Below, one piece after another: positions 1-9,247 of a stretch of 64,000 nucleotides of DNA. The stretch comes from Bacteriovoracaceae bacterium (GTDB taxonomy: Bacteria > Bdellovibrionota > Bacteriovoracia > Bacteriovoracales > Bacteriovoracaceae), in the NCBI GenBank assembly GCA_965217035.1, contig OZ244226.1:372001-436000 (forward strand), in the 5' to 3' direction. Each line of letters starts with the position of its first letter. The stretch's first letter is position 1. The notes under the pieces are model-generated. The model was not told where the DNA came from and did no database searches. It saw only the letters and a list, made by a program, of their open reading frames with translations. The position numbers were made by a program, and so were the translations under genes.

Positions 1-2842
1 ATTTTTGCCCGGAATGAGCAAAAGCAGAATATAAAACACCATCAACAGTCTCATCTAGCTCAGCATTATTAGTCACAATAATTGCATTCTTCCCACCCAT
101 CTCTGCAATCATTGTTCTTTGGTAGGGCCTCATTAATTGAGGGTGTGTGTATTGCTTGAGTGAATGTTGTTTAAAAAGATGGCAACCAACTTCTTTAGAG
201 CCAGTAAAGACAACCCCGGCGACTCTTTCATCTTCACCAAGTGCTTGTCCAACATCACTTCCTTCTCCTGGAATATGCTGTAGAATTCCACGGGGAACTC
301 CAGCTCGATGGAAAATTTCAACCATCATCTCCGCAATAAGAGGAGATTGTTCCGCTGACTTCAAACATACTGAGTTTCCAGCTATAAGAGAAGCGACAGT
401 CATGCCACAAGGAATCGCCAGAGGAAAATTCCATGGAGCGATAACAAGGAAGACTCCCTTTGCTTTGGCATTAATACTTGTTTCCAAGAACCTAAGCTCT
501 TCTCTGAGATAAAAACTGATAAAATCAATTGCTTCATCAACATCAGCAATCGCTTCTTTATGAGTCTTACCTGATTCATGAACAATCAGATTCGAAAGAG
601 TATCTCGCTTATATTTCAAGTAATGATTCGCCTTAATGAGAACCCTTGCTCGAATATCAAATCTTGTGCTCCAATCATCTCGTAAGAAACAATCAGAAGC
701 GGTATCTATGATTTTCTTTGCATCAGATGCGGTGTAATGCTTAATGCTTCCTAAAAGAAGTTTACGATTAGATGGCGAATAAATATCAAAATTATTGTTT
801 GTTCTCTCTCCAAAGCTTGCTATAAGCTGCTCTCCACTCATCTCATATTCTTTTCGTCTCTTAGAAAGATAAGTTTTTATAGGAGCGTTATTAAAAAAGT
901 TTTCACTTTGAGTAGAGAAGTTCTTTTCAAATAAATAACGCCGTTCTTGAATCTTGCGATTTAATTTTTGAGCAAGATCAATGTTCTTTAATTGATCACG
1001 ATGAGATCGCATCATCGCGAGGATTCCAACCTGTGAGGAGTTTTCCATGATTCTGCGGACAAGATAAGCCATTCCAACGATTAAATCTCCTACGGGAACA
1101 TAATTTCTTACCGTAAAACCTAATTTCTCAAGTCCTCTCGAAAGCGCTTCATAAGTCATATGCAAACACTGATGCTCGATTGGATGTGCCGCAGGTATTT
1201 GTTTCTCTCTTAAGGCTTGGGCAAAGCAATGATCACTTAAATTATGAGAAGCTAAGCAAAGTTGAAGAAACGGCTGTTTCAAAATTTCAAAGATCAATTG
1301 TCTGAAATGAATATCGGTTTCGACTTTGTTTATAAACTGTGGAGGTGAATCAGAATGCGCATCAGCTTCAACCGTTTCAGCGTCCCAATAAGCACCTTTT
1401 ACAAGTCTGACAGGCATTAAGATTTTTCGTTTCTGAGAGAAAAACTGAATTTCATTATAATGTTCAAATGCATCTTTTAAATAAGCTTGAATGACTATTC
1501 CTGTATCTTCCCACTTATAAAGTTCTTCATCTTCTTCTAAAACTTTCTTATAAATCTCCCAAACAATATCTCGATAATGATAATGTTCAGCATCGATATT
1601 GATAAAAACTTTCTCATTTTTAGCGGCATGAAGGATTTCTTTTAATCGGGGGGCAATTTGGTTATAAGAATGTTCAAAAGCTTCAGGAATAAAATCACTT
1701 GCTAAAGCAGAGACCTTAATCGAAACATGAGCCTTAAGGATTCCGACCTTATTTCTTTCTCCTCGAGTAAAAATATCCTTCATCCCTCTGATGACTTCAA
1801 GAACTCGCTCTTTATAAAGGTCTGCTTCTTCTTCTGTTAGAACTAACTCACCAAGTTGATCAACAGTCGCATTCCGCCCTGTTTGGTCGAGATTAAGAAG
1901 AACTTTTTTGGAAGTGCGAATATCCTCACCTGCAATAAAACGCTTCGCCATATAACGAGTTGATTGCCTCAAAATAAAACTTAAGAAGAAGGCTGGTACA
2001 AGGCTAGAAATTAAGTATGCTAACTGTAATACAAATAGATAATGAGCCGGTAATACCTTAACTTTTGACCTGAACTCTTTTCGTTTTGCTCTTTTATTAT
2101 CACTAAGAAATCTTCTTAAAGATTCAAGGAAGATCCTTTTTACCTCACTTCCCTCTTTGTCATGATCAAGACAAGGAAGAACCGCTAAGAATTTCAAGAG
2201 ATGAATACGGATAAGATCATATTCAGAAGTTAAAACAAGAAAAAAGTCAGAAACCTTTTCAAAGAAACTACTTCGATAAGAATCTATTTTTTCAACTAAA
2301 TTTTTCTTTAAATCGAGTTCTTTTACACTTACCTTTTGATAACTGAGGTCATTAAGAATTTCAATTGAATCATACTTTTGTAACCCGTATCTCTTTCTCA
2401 AAACAGAAATTTCAGGCGGAGTTTCCAAAAGATCGACTTTCTGAATGGCCCTATTAAACCGACCGAGTGATTCTTTTTCATGGCCTTCTTGAAGTGCCTC
2501 ATAGAGAAAAAGCTCATCAGATAATCTTTGACTATAAAAATAAACAATTTGTTCCTTTAAATCGATCGCAATCGTATAAAGACAATTCGCTAAAGTTATT
2601 GATCGAACCAAATATTCATACTCTAAGTCGAGACAAGTTTGTAAATACTCCTCAAGAATTTCATGAAGCTTTCTCTTTTCGTTTTCATAAACGACAGAAA
2701 GGAAATAAGGATAAGAAAAATTGAGATTGAACTGCTTTAAAAAGTTCTGATCATCATGAATGAGGACACTCGAAGTTCCGCCTCCATCTTGGTGGTCCGG
2801 GCCTAAAAATTTTAATGTTTTAGCTATCAGATTTGCGTCCAC
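1..2842 (-). CDS. putA: Bifunctional proline dehydrogenase / P5C dehydrogenase (3' end runs off window)
   Basis: Minus-strand frame read by hand from GTG at 2842, no stops in the stretches checked; PRODH motif RLVKGAYWDAE, ALDH motifs PWNFPLAI, FTGS, AEMGGKN, FAHSGQK; absent from ORF track because its stop lies outside the window. Confidence 0.92.
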   Translation of the reverse strand, partial: MDANLIAKTLKFLGPDHQDGGGTSSVLIHDDQNFLKQFNLNFSYPYFLSVVYENEKRKLHEILEEYLQTCLDLEYEYLVRSITLANCLYTIAIDLKEQIVYFYSQRLSDELFLYEALQEGHEKESLGRFNRAIQKVDLLETPPEISVLRKRYGLQKYDSIEILNDLSYQKVSVKELDLKKNLVEKIDSYRSSFFEKVSDFFLVLTSEYDLIRIHLLKFLAVLPCLDHDKEGSEVKRIFLESLRRFLSDNKRAKRKEFRSKVKVLPAHYLFVLQLAYLISSLVPAFFLSFILRQSTRYMAKRFIAGEDIRTSKKVLLNLDQTGRNATVDQLGELVLTEEEADLYKERVLEVIRGMKDIFTRGERNKVGILKAHVSIKVSALASDFIPEAFEHSYNQIAPRLKEILHAAKNEKVFINIDAEHYHYRDIVWEIYKKVLEEDEELYKWEDTGIVIQAYLKDAFEHYNEIQFFSQKRKILMPVRLVKGAYWDAETVEADAHSDSPPQFINKVETDIHFRQLIFEILKQPFLQLCLASHNLSDHCFAQALREKQIPAAHPIEHQCLHMTYEALSRGLEKLGFTVRNYVPVGDLIVGMAYLVRRIMENSSQVGILAMMRSHRDQLKNIDLAQKLNRKIQERRYLFEKNFSTQSENFFNNAPIKTYLSKRRKEYEMSGEQLIASFGERTNNNFDIYSPSNRKLLLGSIKHYTASDAKKIIDTASDCFLRDDWSTRFDIRARVLIKANHYLKYKRDTLSNLIVHESGKTHKEAIADVDEAIDFISFYLREELRFLETSINAKAKGVFLVIAPWNFPLAIPCGMTVASLIAGNSVCLKSAEQSPLIAEMMVEIFHRAGVPRGILQHIPGEGSDVGQALGEDERVAGVVFTGSKEVGCHLFKQHSLKQYTHPQLMRPYQRTMIAEMGGKNAIIVTNNAELDETVDGVLYSAFAHSGQK

Positions 2843-2869
2843 GAGTCGTTTAAACCATAATAAATAAAG

Positions 2870-4039
2870 GTGATATTAAGTAATCGAATTAAACAGATTT
2901 TGTCATTTCTTTTCTGTTTCTGCTCACTGTGCAGTGCAGCTCCTTATGACCTTAAAGATCTGAAATCACTTGCTAATGACAAAGAGTTCCAAGAATTTTT
3001 CAATCATGCTAAAGATATTCTCCCCAAAAATAGAAATCGTGATTGGGAAGGGCTTGTTAATAAGACCTTCACCGAATATCTCACCCTGTTAGAAAAAACG
3101 GCTCCCTTAAATAAAGAAAGCTTTCAAACACTTTTAAAACTTAACTCTTGGAAAATCTTAAGAAACAATGGAACTCGTTTAAACAAAATGAATGATCTTC
3201 TAAGAAAATCACTTATTAAAAAATTTCAAAACTCAGCTAAAAAGGCAGTGCCACTTATAAAGGTTTTTTGGATTCAAAATTTTAATGACTCTAAAATCGG
3301 TTATGCATTAGGAAAAGAAATTCTGAGGAAACTTCCTGATAACGACTTAGGCCTTCAAATGATTTCAGCAGGCTTTCGTTCTTCAATTTCTGATGTCTAT
3401 TGCTCTGATAACCAAATCCACTCACTTCTTATAAAAGGTCTAGAGAAGGTCTATAAAAATCTTAATTCAAATGAAGAGTTTGATGTGAAACTCTCCAATT
3501 ATATGAATCGAAAATGCTGGAATGCTTTAGCTCCTGTACTGATAAGTAAAGTTGAAGACCCTAAAGTTAATTCATCTCAAAAAAAGATTATTATCGAAAT
3601 TCTTTCATCTGACTTTTCGACAGAAAGCCTTATAAAAAATTACGCTCGTTTTCTCTATATGCTAGATGCGCCCGTAAAATCAAATACATTAAATAAATCC
3701 TGGGAGCTTCTAGAAAACCTAAAGAATGATCCCCAAATGAGAGAATCAATTATTAAGAAGCTTACTGAACTTGAAATCATTCCTGATAGAACCTTCGAGA
3801 ACCTTAAAAATGATCAAAATTACTACCTGGCTAGAAACCTTTTGAAAAATTTCCCGGAATTTTCTGATAGTTATTCTAAAAAATGTATAAGCTTCCTGAA
3901 GGGTAAACAGCAATTAAATCCAACTCTTCATTGTCAAAATTTCTATCGAGTTTTGAGAAAGCTGGATTTTAAGACCATCTCTCCCATAGCCTATGAAGGA
4001 CTTTCTCCTTATTTTAAAAATTTAAAGGCTATTCGATAA
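2870..4039 (+). CDS. Hypothetical secreted alpha-helical protein
   Basis: 389-aa ORF with signal-peptide-like N-terminus; no recognised motif. Confidence 0.7.
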   Translation: MILSNRIKQILSFLFCFCSLCSAAPYDLKDLKSLANDKEFQEFFNHAKDILPKNRNRDWEGLVNKTFTEYLTLLEKTAPLNKESFQTLLKLNSWKILRNNGTRLNKMNDLLRKSLIKKFQNSAKKAVPLIKVFWIQNFNDSKIGYALGKEILRKLPDNDLGLQMISAGFRSSISDVYCSDNQIHSLLIKGLEKVYKNLNSNEEFDVKLSNYMNRKCWNALAPVLISKVEDPKVNSSQKKIIIEILSSDFSTESLIKNYARFLYMLDAPVKSNTLNKSWELLENLKNDPQMRESIIKKLTELEIIPDRTFENLKNDQNYYLARNLLKNFPEFSDSYSKKCISFLKGKQQLNPTLHCQNFYRVLRKLDFKTISPIAYEGLSPYFKNLKAIR

Positions 4040-6391
4040 AACGAGTTCGCTGTCTTTCCAATCAAGCTTCAAATCTCCGACTGGTATATTGCCAGAAAGT
4101 ATCATCTTTGAAAGTGGTCGAATAATCATCTTATTAAAAACAGTATTCAAAGGTCTCGCTCCAAATTGTTCATTATAACCTCGTTCACACAGAACATTTG
4201 TAAAGTGATCAGTCAGATCCACCTTCAGATCTTTGGACTTCAATCTTTCATTGAATTGAACAAGTTGTTTTTCAACCAATTGGCCCATAACTGATTTATC
4301 GAGAGAGTTAAACTCTAACATGCCATCAATTCTGCCAAGAACTTCTGGTTTAAAGTCAGCATGAGGATTTTTAGAGTTTGATGTCATAAGAATGATAGTA
4401 TTCTTAAAATTAATAGTTCTCCCTTTATTATCCGTTAAACGTCCATCATCAAGGATCTGTAAAAGAATATCGCTAAAATCAGGATGGGCCTTTTCTAATT
4501 CGTCAAAGAGAATAATCGAAAAAGGTTTTCTTCGAACTGCTTCAGTAAGAACACCTCCCTCTTCATATCCAATATAACCTGCCGGAGCTCCAATCAATTT
4601 TGCAACAGCATGTTTCTCCGAAAACTCACTCATATCAATTCTTATGACATGTTCTTCATTATCAAAAAGAAATTTCGCAAGAGACTTTGCTGTTTCGGTT
4701 TTACCGACACCAGTTGGTCCCATGAGGAGGAAAGAACCCATGGGACGAGTCTGGTCACTTAGGCCAGCAAAGCTAGCCATAAGAGTTTCCGAGATTTCAT
4801 GGAGGGCATCTTCTTGACCAAAAACTCTTTGGTTTAAATAGTTTTCGATATCAAGAATATGTTCTTGTTTTTCTTTTAATATTTTTTGCTCTGGGATACC
4901 GGTCTGACGAGAAATAATTTGAGCAATATTTTCTTCAGAAAGAATCCAATGATGAGCAACTTCTTCGAGTTCTGCCTGAAGTTCTGGAATGATAGAATAC
5001 TTAAGCTTCCCAGCTTCCTCATAATTTCCTTCTCTTTCAGCTGTTTCCAACTCAAGTTGAAAGCGATCGAGTCTATTCCGAATCTCTGAAGATTGCTTTA
5101 GAGTAACGACCTCTGTTTCCCATTCTGACTTTTTCGCTTCAAACTCTTCTTCAAGTTTTTTGATTTTTTCTAAAATATCTCTATTTTCTTTCTCTACTTT
5201 CGAGAGAACATTCAAAGACTTGATCTCTTCCTGCAGCTCTTCTATATCTCGAGGCATTGCTTCTGCAGTTAACTTTAATGCAGAAGCTCCCTCATCAATT
5301 AAATCGATCGCTTTATCGGGAAGATTCTTATCAGTGATATATTGATCTGATAAAAAAACAGCACTATAAATAGCCTCATCGGAAATCTTAATCCCATGAT
5401 GCATTTCATGCTTTTCTTTTAATCCCATTAAGATTTCAATAGCATCTTCTTTTGAAGGCTCATCAACCGGAACTGAACGGAATCTCCTCTCAAGCGCGGG
5501 GTCTCCCATTATGTATTTTTGAAACTCTTCAGGGGTTGTGGCCCCAATAGCGTGCAATTCACCTCTCGCAAGCGCAGGTTTCAAAAGATTTGCTGCATCC
5601 ATAGCACCATCGGTACGTCCTGCTCCAACAAGTTGATGGATTTCGTCGATAAAAAGAATTGCTTCTCCATTTTGTTTTTTTATGAATTCAATCAATCCTT
5701 TGATTTTCTTTTCAAATTCTCCTCGATATTTTGTTCCTGCCATTAAACTTCCAAGGTCTAGTCCATAGACAGTTTTTCCTTTTAAAATATCAGGGACATT
5801 ATTTTTGATAATCTCTCCAGTTAAACCTTCAATGATAGCTGTTTTCCCAACTCCAGCAGGACCAACAAGTACAGGATTATTTTTAGAACGCCTTCCAAGA
5901 ATTTCCATAACTGCTCGAATTTCTTTTCTTCGCCCTATAACAGGATCAAGTTTTCCACTTAGAGCCTGCTCATTCAAATTAACAAGGAAGTCAGGGACCT
6001 CAAGATCTGTCGTTTGACCAGAGAGTTTGTTATAATCAACTTTTAAATCTGGAAAAGTTTGTGGAAGGAATTTCAAAAGATCTTTTTCCGTGATTTCAAC
6101 TCTCCCTTCTTCTGCTACATGAGCACTGGCCATCGTTAACCACTTTGTTAATCCAGAACTTGGTCGCTTTTGATCAATCGGGATATCCATTGTTACAGTA
6201 GGTTTTTTAGAAAGTATCTCTATAAGAAGTTTCTTTTCATCTTTAAAGGTGCGATTCAAGAAGCTCGACTTATTAGAAATAAGACCCAAGAGAAGATGCT
6301 CAGGGAAAATTTCCCCATGTTGTCTTTCGTGAGCCTCTTTTTGAGCAATCGTGAAGGCACCCATTACGATAGGATCAAACTGATACATCAT
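4022..6391 (-). CDS. clpB: ClpB-type AAA+ disaggregase
   Basis: Two Walker A motifs (GPAGVGKT, GPTGVGKT), LDPVIGR, KYRGEFE, coiled-coil M-domain (AGKLKYSIIPEL), GARPL. Confidence 0.92.
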   Translation of the reverse strand: MMYQFDPIVMGAFTIAQKEAHERQHGEIFPEHLLLGLISNKSSFLNRTFKDEKKLLIEILSKKPTVTMDIPIDQKRPSSGLTKWLTMASAHVAEEGRVEITEKDLLKFLPQTFPDLKVDYNKLSGQTTDLEVPDFLVNLNEQALSGKLDPVIGRRKEIRAVMEILGRRSKNNPVLVGPAGVGKTAIIEGLTGEIIKNNVPDILKGKTVYGLDLGSLMAGTKYRGEFEKKIKGLIEFIKKQNGEAILFIDEIHQLVGAGRTDGAMDAANLLKPALARGELHAIGATTPEEFQKYIMGDPALERRFRSVPVDEPSKEDAIEILMGLKEKHEMHHGIKISDEAIYSAVFLSDQYITDKNLPDKAIDLIDEGASALKLTAEAMPRDIEELQEEIKSLNVLSKVEKENRDILEKIKKLEEEFEAKKSEWETEVVTLKQSSEIRNRLDRFQLELETAEREGNYEEAGKLKYSIIPELQAELEEVAHHWILSEENIAQIISRQTGIPEQKILKEKQEHILDIENYLNQRVFGQEDALHEISETLMASFAGLSDQTRPMGSFLLMGPTGVGKTETAKSLAKFLFDNEEHVIRIDMSEFSEKHAVAKLIGAPAGYIGYEEGGVLTEAVRRKPFSIILFDELEKAHPDFSDILLQILDDGRLTDNKGRTINFKNTIILMTSNSKNPHADFKPEVLGRIDGMLEFNSLDKSVMGQLVEKQLVQFNERLKSKDLKVDLTDHFTNVLCERGYNEQFGARPLNTVFNKMIIRPLSKMILSGNIPVGDLKLDWKDSELVLSNSL

Positions 6392-6512
6392 TCATCTCCT
6401 TGTTACTGTTCTCAAAATAAAGATGGTCTCGCATTTACTTTTGTCAAGAGATTGCCACGAATTATTGGCAAACTGATTAAAAACCCTTACTTCTCTATCT
6501 TCCTGAATTTAC

Positions 6513-6539
6513 TAAGTTTTTAACTGAGAAAACCGATAA
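6513..6539 (+). promoter_or_regulatory. Putative sigma28 (FliA) promoter
   Basis: TAAG-N15-ACCGATAA versus consensus TAAA-N15-GCCGATAA, 30 bp before the 6569 ORF. Confidence 0.6.
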
Positions 6540-6568
6540 AGTTATGATTCAAATTACAATGGAAGGTA

Positions 6569-9013
6569 ATGCAAAAAGGTTCAAAAATGAGAAAGCTGAT
6601 TTTTACATTATTATTTTTATCTTCAACTGCATTTGCAGTCACCCCTTACGATTGTAAGCCTTTATTCGATCAACAAAAAGAACAAGAGTTTGTCGATTGT
6701 CTGAAGAACATCTGTACAGGAGAAACAGAACAAGAAATTAGAACTTGTGCAAGTCTTCCTCAAAATCAAATTGCTGCGGGAGACTTCTACGATCAGATTG
6801 CAACAAAGTACGATAACTATCAAAACAAACCCACTCAATGTTTTAACGACACTCAATGCTCCGCTTTTCCAGGAACAGGTTGTTTTGGATCTTCACCGAC
6901 AGATGTTGTGACTGATCTCGAGTACGACTTTGTTAACGTAACAGGTCTTTTTACGGGAAAAAATCCAGGAAGTAAGCTTACAGGACAATCTTGCCAAAAT
7001 AATAGTGAATGTCTTTCTTTTAGCTGTATTCAAACGGCTTCAGGAAAATCTTGTATAGGAGAGGCGCGATTTTGTCGTAAAGCTCAATTTGGAGAAGTCG
7101 CTGCAGGGTCGATAGAATGTGACGATGGTCTTTCCAAAGACGCTGAAGGTAAATGTCGGACACCTGAGTACATCGCTGACCGATCAAGACAATTGATAAG
7201 ATTAAATCTAAATCTTACTAACGCAAATATTTGTAACCCTGATGATCCTTTAATCGAAGAGCAATTCCAGAGATTAAAGTCTTTAAACTTCCATTCCCGA
7301 TCATTTGAAACTCTCTTTGCTGATTCAAAAACAGGTGATGCTTTTAAGATGCAAGACCAATTAAGATCATTAGCACAATCTATGCGTGATAGGAGACTTA
7401 TTCTTGTCAAGAAACTTAATGATGCAAATACAAAATTCAAAGAAGAATTCTTAAAGATAAAAACTCTTAGGCCAAACTCTCAAGAGCAAATTACTTTTAG
7501 AGGTCAGACCTATACAGAAGCAGACCTTTACTCTCAGACGGTTGAAAATGGAGTCTCACTTGATTTAATGACAGACCTCGAAAATATTAGAGCTGAATAT
7601 AATCAATCACTCGGGAATCTTTACTTAGAAGTTAGTGATAAATTCCCTCCTCTCATAGAAAATTTTTATGGCATCAGAGGAAGTAGTAAAAGAATGCGCT
7701 TTGGAAGTCATTCTTGGAGCAAGAGACTTTTCAAACTGAAGAACAAACGTCAATGGAATTATGAAGTAAAATTAAGAAATACTCAGAAGAAATTTGCCGA
7801 AGAATTTCACGAAGGAGAGATGATTAAGGCCCTCACCCAAATTTATCCTCAATTTGATGGACTTCTGAATAAAGGTGCTCGTTTTAAGGATTTTCCTGTT
7901 AATTTCAATACAAGAGGAACATTACTTCTTAAATCGGGGAGAGAAAGTCGCAGATGGACCGACAACAAGAGGCTTGGATGGTTTCCGAATCGTGCGAAAC
8001 GAAATATAAAAAACTTTCTTTCTGTAATGGCTGAAAGTTTTGAGAAAACAGCAACAACTAATTTTTCTGATATCGAAAGTGTTCATTGGGATGACCTCAT
8101 TGACCCTGAACTACGTTTTTATACTGGATGCTATCAAGAAGGACTTGCAGTTCCTGAAGCTAAGAATAAGTCTTATTGTGGTCAGACAGAGAAAGTAATG
8201 AAAAGTCTACAAAGTCATATGCTTGCTCATCTTGTTCTTTATGGAGGAACAGGAGGGAGAAGACATTATGATAAGGGCTATTTTGATGGAGGCAAGAGGA
8301 ATTCCAATCAATCAAACTCAAATTGGATCCCCTACACTCTTCATAGTCCAAGAGGGAATTATCTAAGATATATGTACGAAGCTTTTCTTCTTCTAGGAGA
8401 AGCTTATCAATCTCTTGCAGATTCCAGTGATAAGAGAATCGCTTGTATTAATCAACACAGAATGGGAACAAATCCAGGAGGGCTTTTTTATAGCCAATAT
8501 CATGAATACAATCCAGGTGGGTTTGTACAACAAGGGAATAACAATTTCTTCGATTCTAATGTACCAACTTCTAGTAATAGTGAACTCGCAAATACAGCTC
8601 CTGGAAATAGTGGAAACTCTACAGGAACTTCATCGACAGAAAATGGCTCCAATTTCTCTATCCTCTCTTCTGGCCCTTCAGGAAACGGCAATCAGAAAAA
8701 TCAAAACTCTGCAGTTAATAATACTCCACAAGCTCAACAAGTCGCTAACACTGACGATATTCAAGTTTCTTCATACACTCAAAACTTTTCAATTATTTCA
8801 GGTAATAATAATTCAGAAGGTTTTGACTGGGATGCTGGTCCAGGTAACTCAATCGTCACTCGTTCAGGTAGTAGTTTAAGCATGGAAGAAGCTGAACATG
8901 TCATGAAAAACTTAAAAACCTATGAAGCTCCTGCCCCGGCTCAAGATACTATTTTTGAGACAATTTCTAATAGTTATGTTGATAATGCCTATCCTGCTAT
9001 TTTCGCAGAATAG
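6569..9013 (+). CDS. Large secreted Cys-rich protein with Ser/Asn/Gly-rich C-terminal tail
   Basis: 814-aa ORF; signal peptide (likely start MRKLIF at 6587); repeated C-x-x-(N/D)-x-(E/Q)-C modules; low-complexity tail. Confidence 0.8.
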   Translation: MQKGSKMRKLIFTLLFLSSTAFAVTPYDCKPLFDQQKEQEFVDCLKNICTGETEQEIRTCASLPQNQIAAGDFYDQIATKYDNYQNKPTQCFNDTQCSAFPGTGCFGSSPTDVVTDLEYDFVNVTGLFTGKNPGSKLTGQSCQNNSECLSFSCIQTASGKSCIGEARFCRKAQFGEVAAGSIECDDGLSKDAEGKCRTPEYIADRSRQLIRLNLNLTNANICNPDDPLIEEQFQRLKSLNFHSRSFETLFADSKTGDAFKMQDQLRSLAQSMRDRRLILVKKLNDANTKFKEEFLKIKTLRPNSQEQITFRGQTYTEADLYSQTVENGVSLDLMTDLENIRAEYNQSLGNLYLEVSDKFPPLIENFYGIRGSSKRMRFGSHSWSKRLFKLKNKRQWNYEVKLRNTQKKFAEEFHEGEMIKALTQIYPQFDGLLNKGARFKDFPVNFNTRGTLLLKSGRESRRWTDNKRLGWFPNRAKRNIKNFLSVMAESFEKTATTNFSDIESVHWDDLIDPELRFYTGCYQEGLAVPEAKNKSYCGQTEKVMKSLQSHMLAHLVLYGGTGGRRHYDKGYFDGGKRNSNQSNSNWIPYTLHSPRGNYLRYMYEAFLLLGEAYQSLADSSDKRIACINQHRMGTNPGGLFYSQYHEYNPGGFVQQGNNNFFDSNVPTSSNSELANTAPGNSGNSTGTSSTENGSNFSILSSGPSGNGNQKNQNSAVNNTPQAQQVANTDDIQVSSYTQNFSIISGNNNSEGFDWDAGPGNSIVTRSGSSLSMEEAEHVMKNLKTYEAPAPAQDTIFETISNSYVDNAYPAIFAE

Positions 9014-9195
9014 GTATGAATATTAGTATCGACATTCACAGAGCTTTCACTCTTTTTACTTTTTTAGATAAACGAAGACATCTATTTAAATCTAATCGAA
9101 ATGAGAAAGAATCCTAAACCATTATCTAAATCATCCCCTTTAATATTCTCTGACAATTCCGTTTCTAGCGCCTGAGACACATTTAAATTAATAAT

Positions 9196-9225
9196 AAAAA
9201 AAGCCTCTCATAAAGAGAGGCTTTG
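9196..9225. terminator. Rho-independent terminator between convergent genes
   Basis: A-run, AAGCCTCTC-ATAAA-GAGAGGCTT, TT. Confidence 0.75.
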
Positions 9226-9247
9226 TAATAGATCTATTTTTGTTTTT

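Noticed and set aside
133..2724. Short ORFs at 133, 147, 400 and 2467
   Set aside because: All overlap the putA frame; shadows
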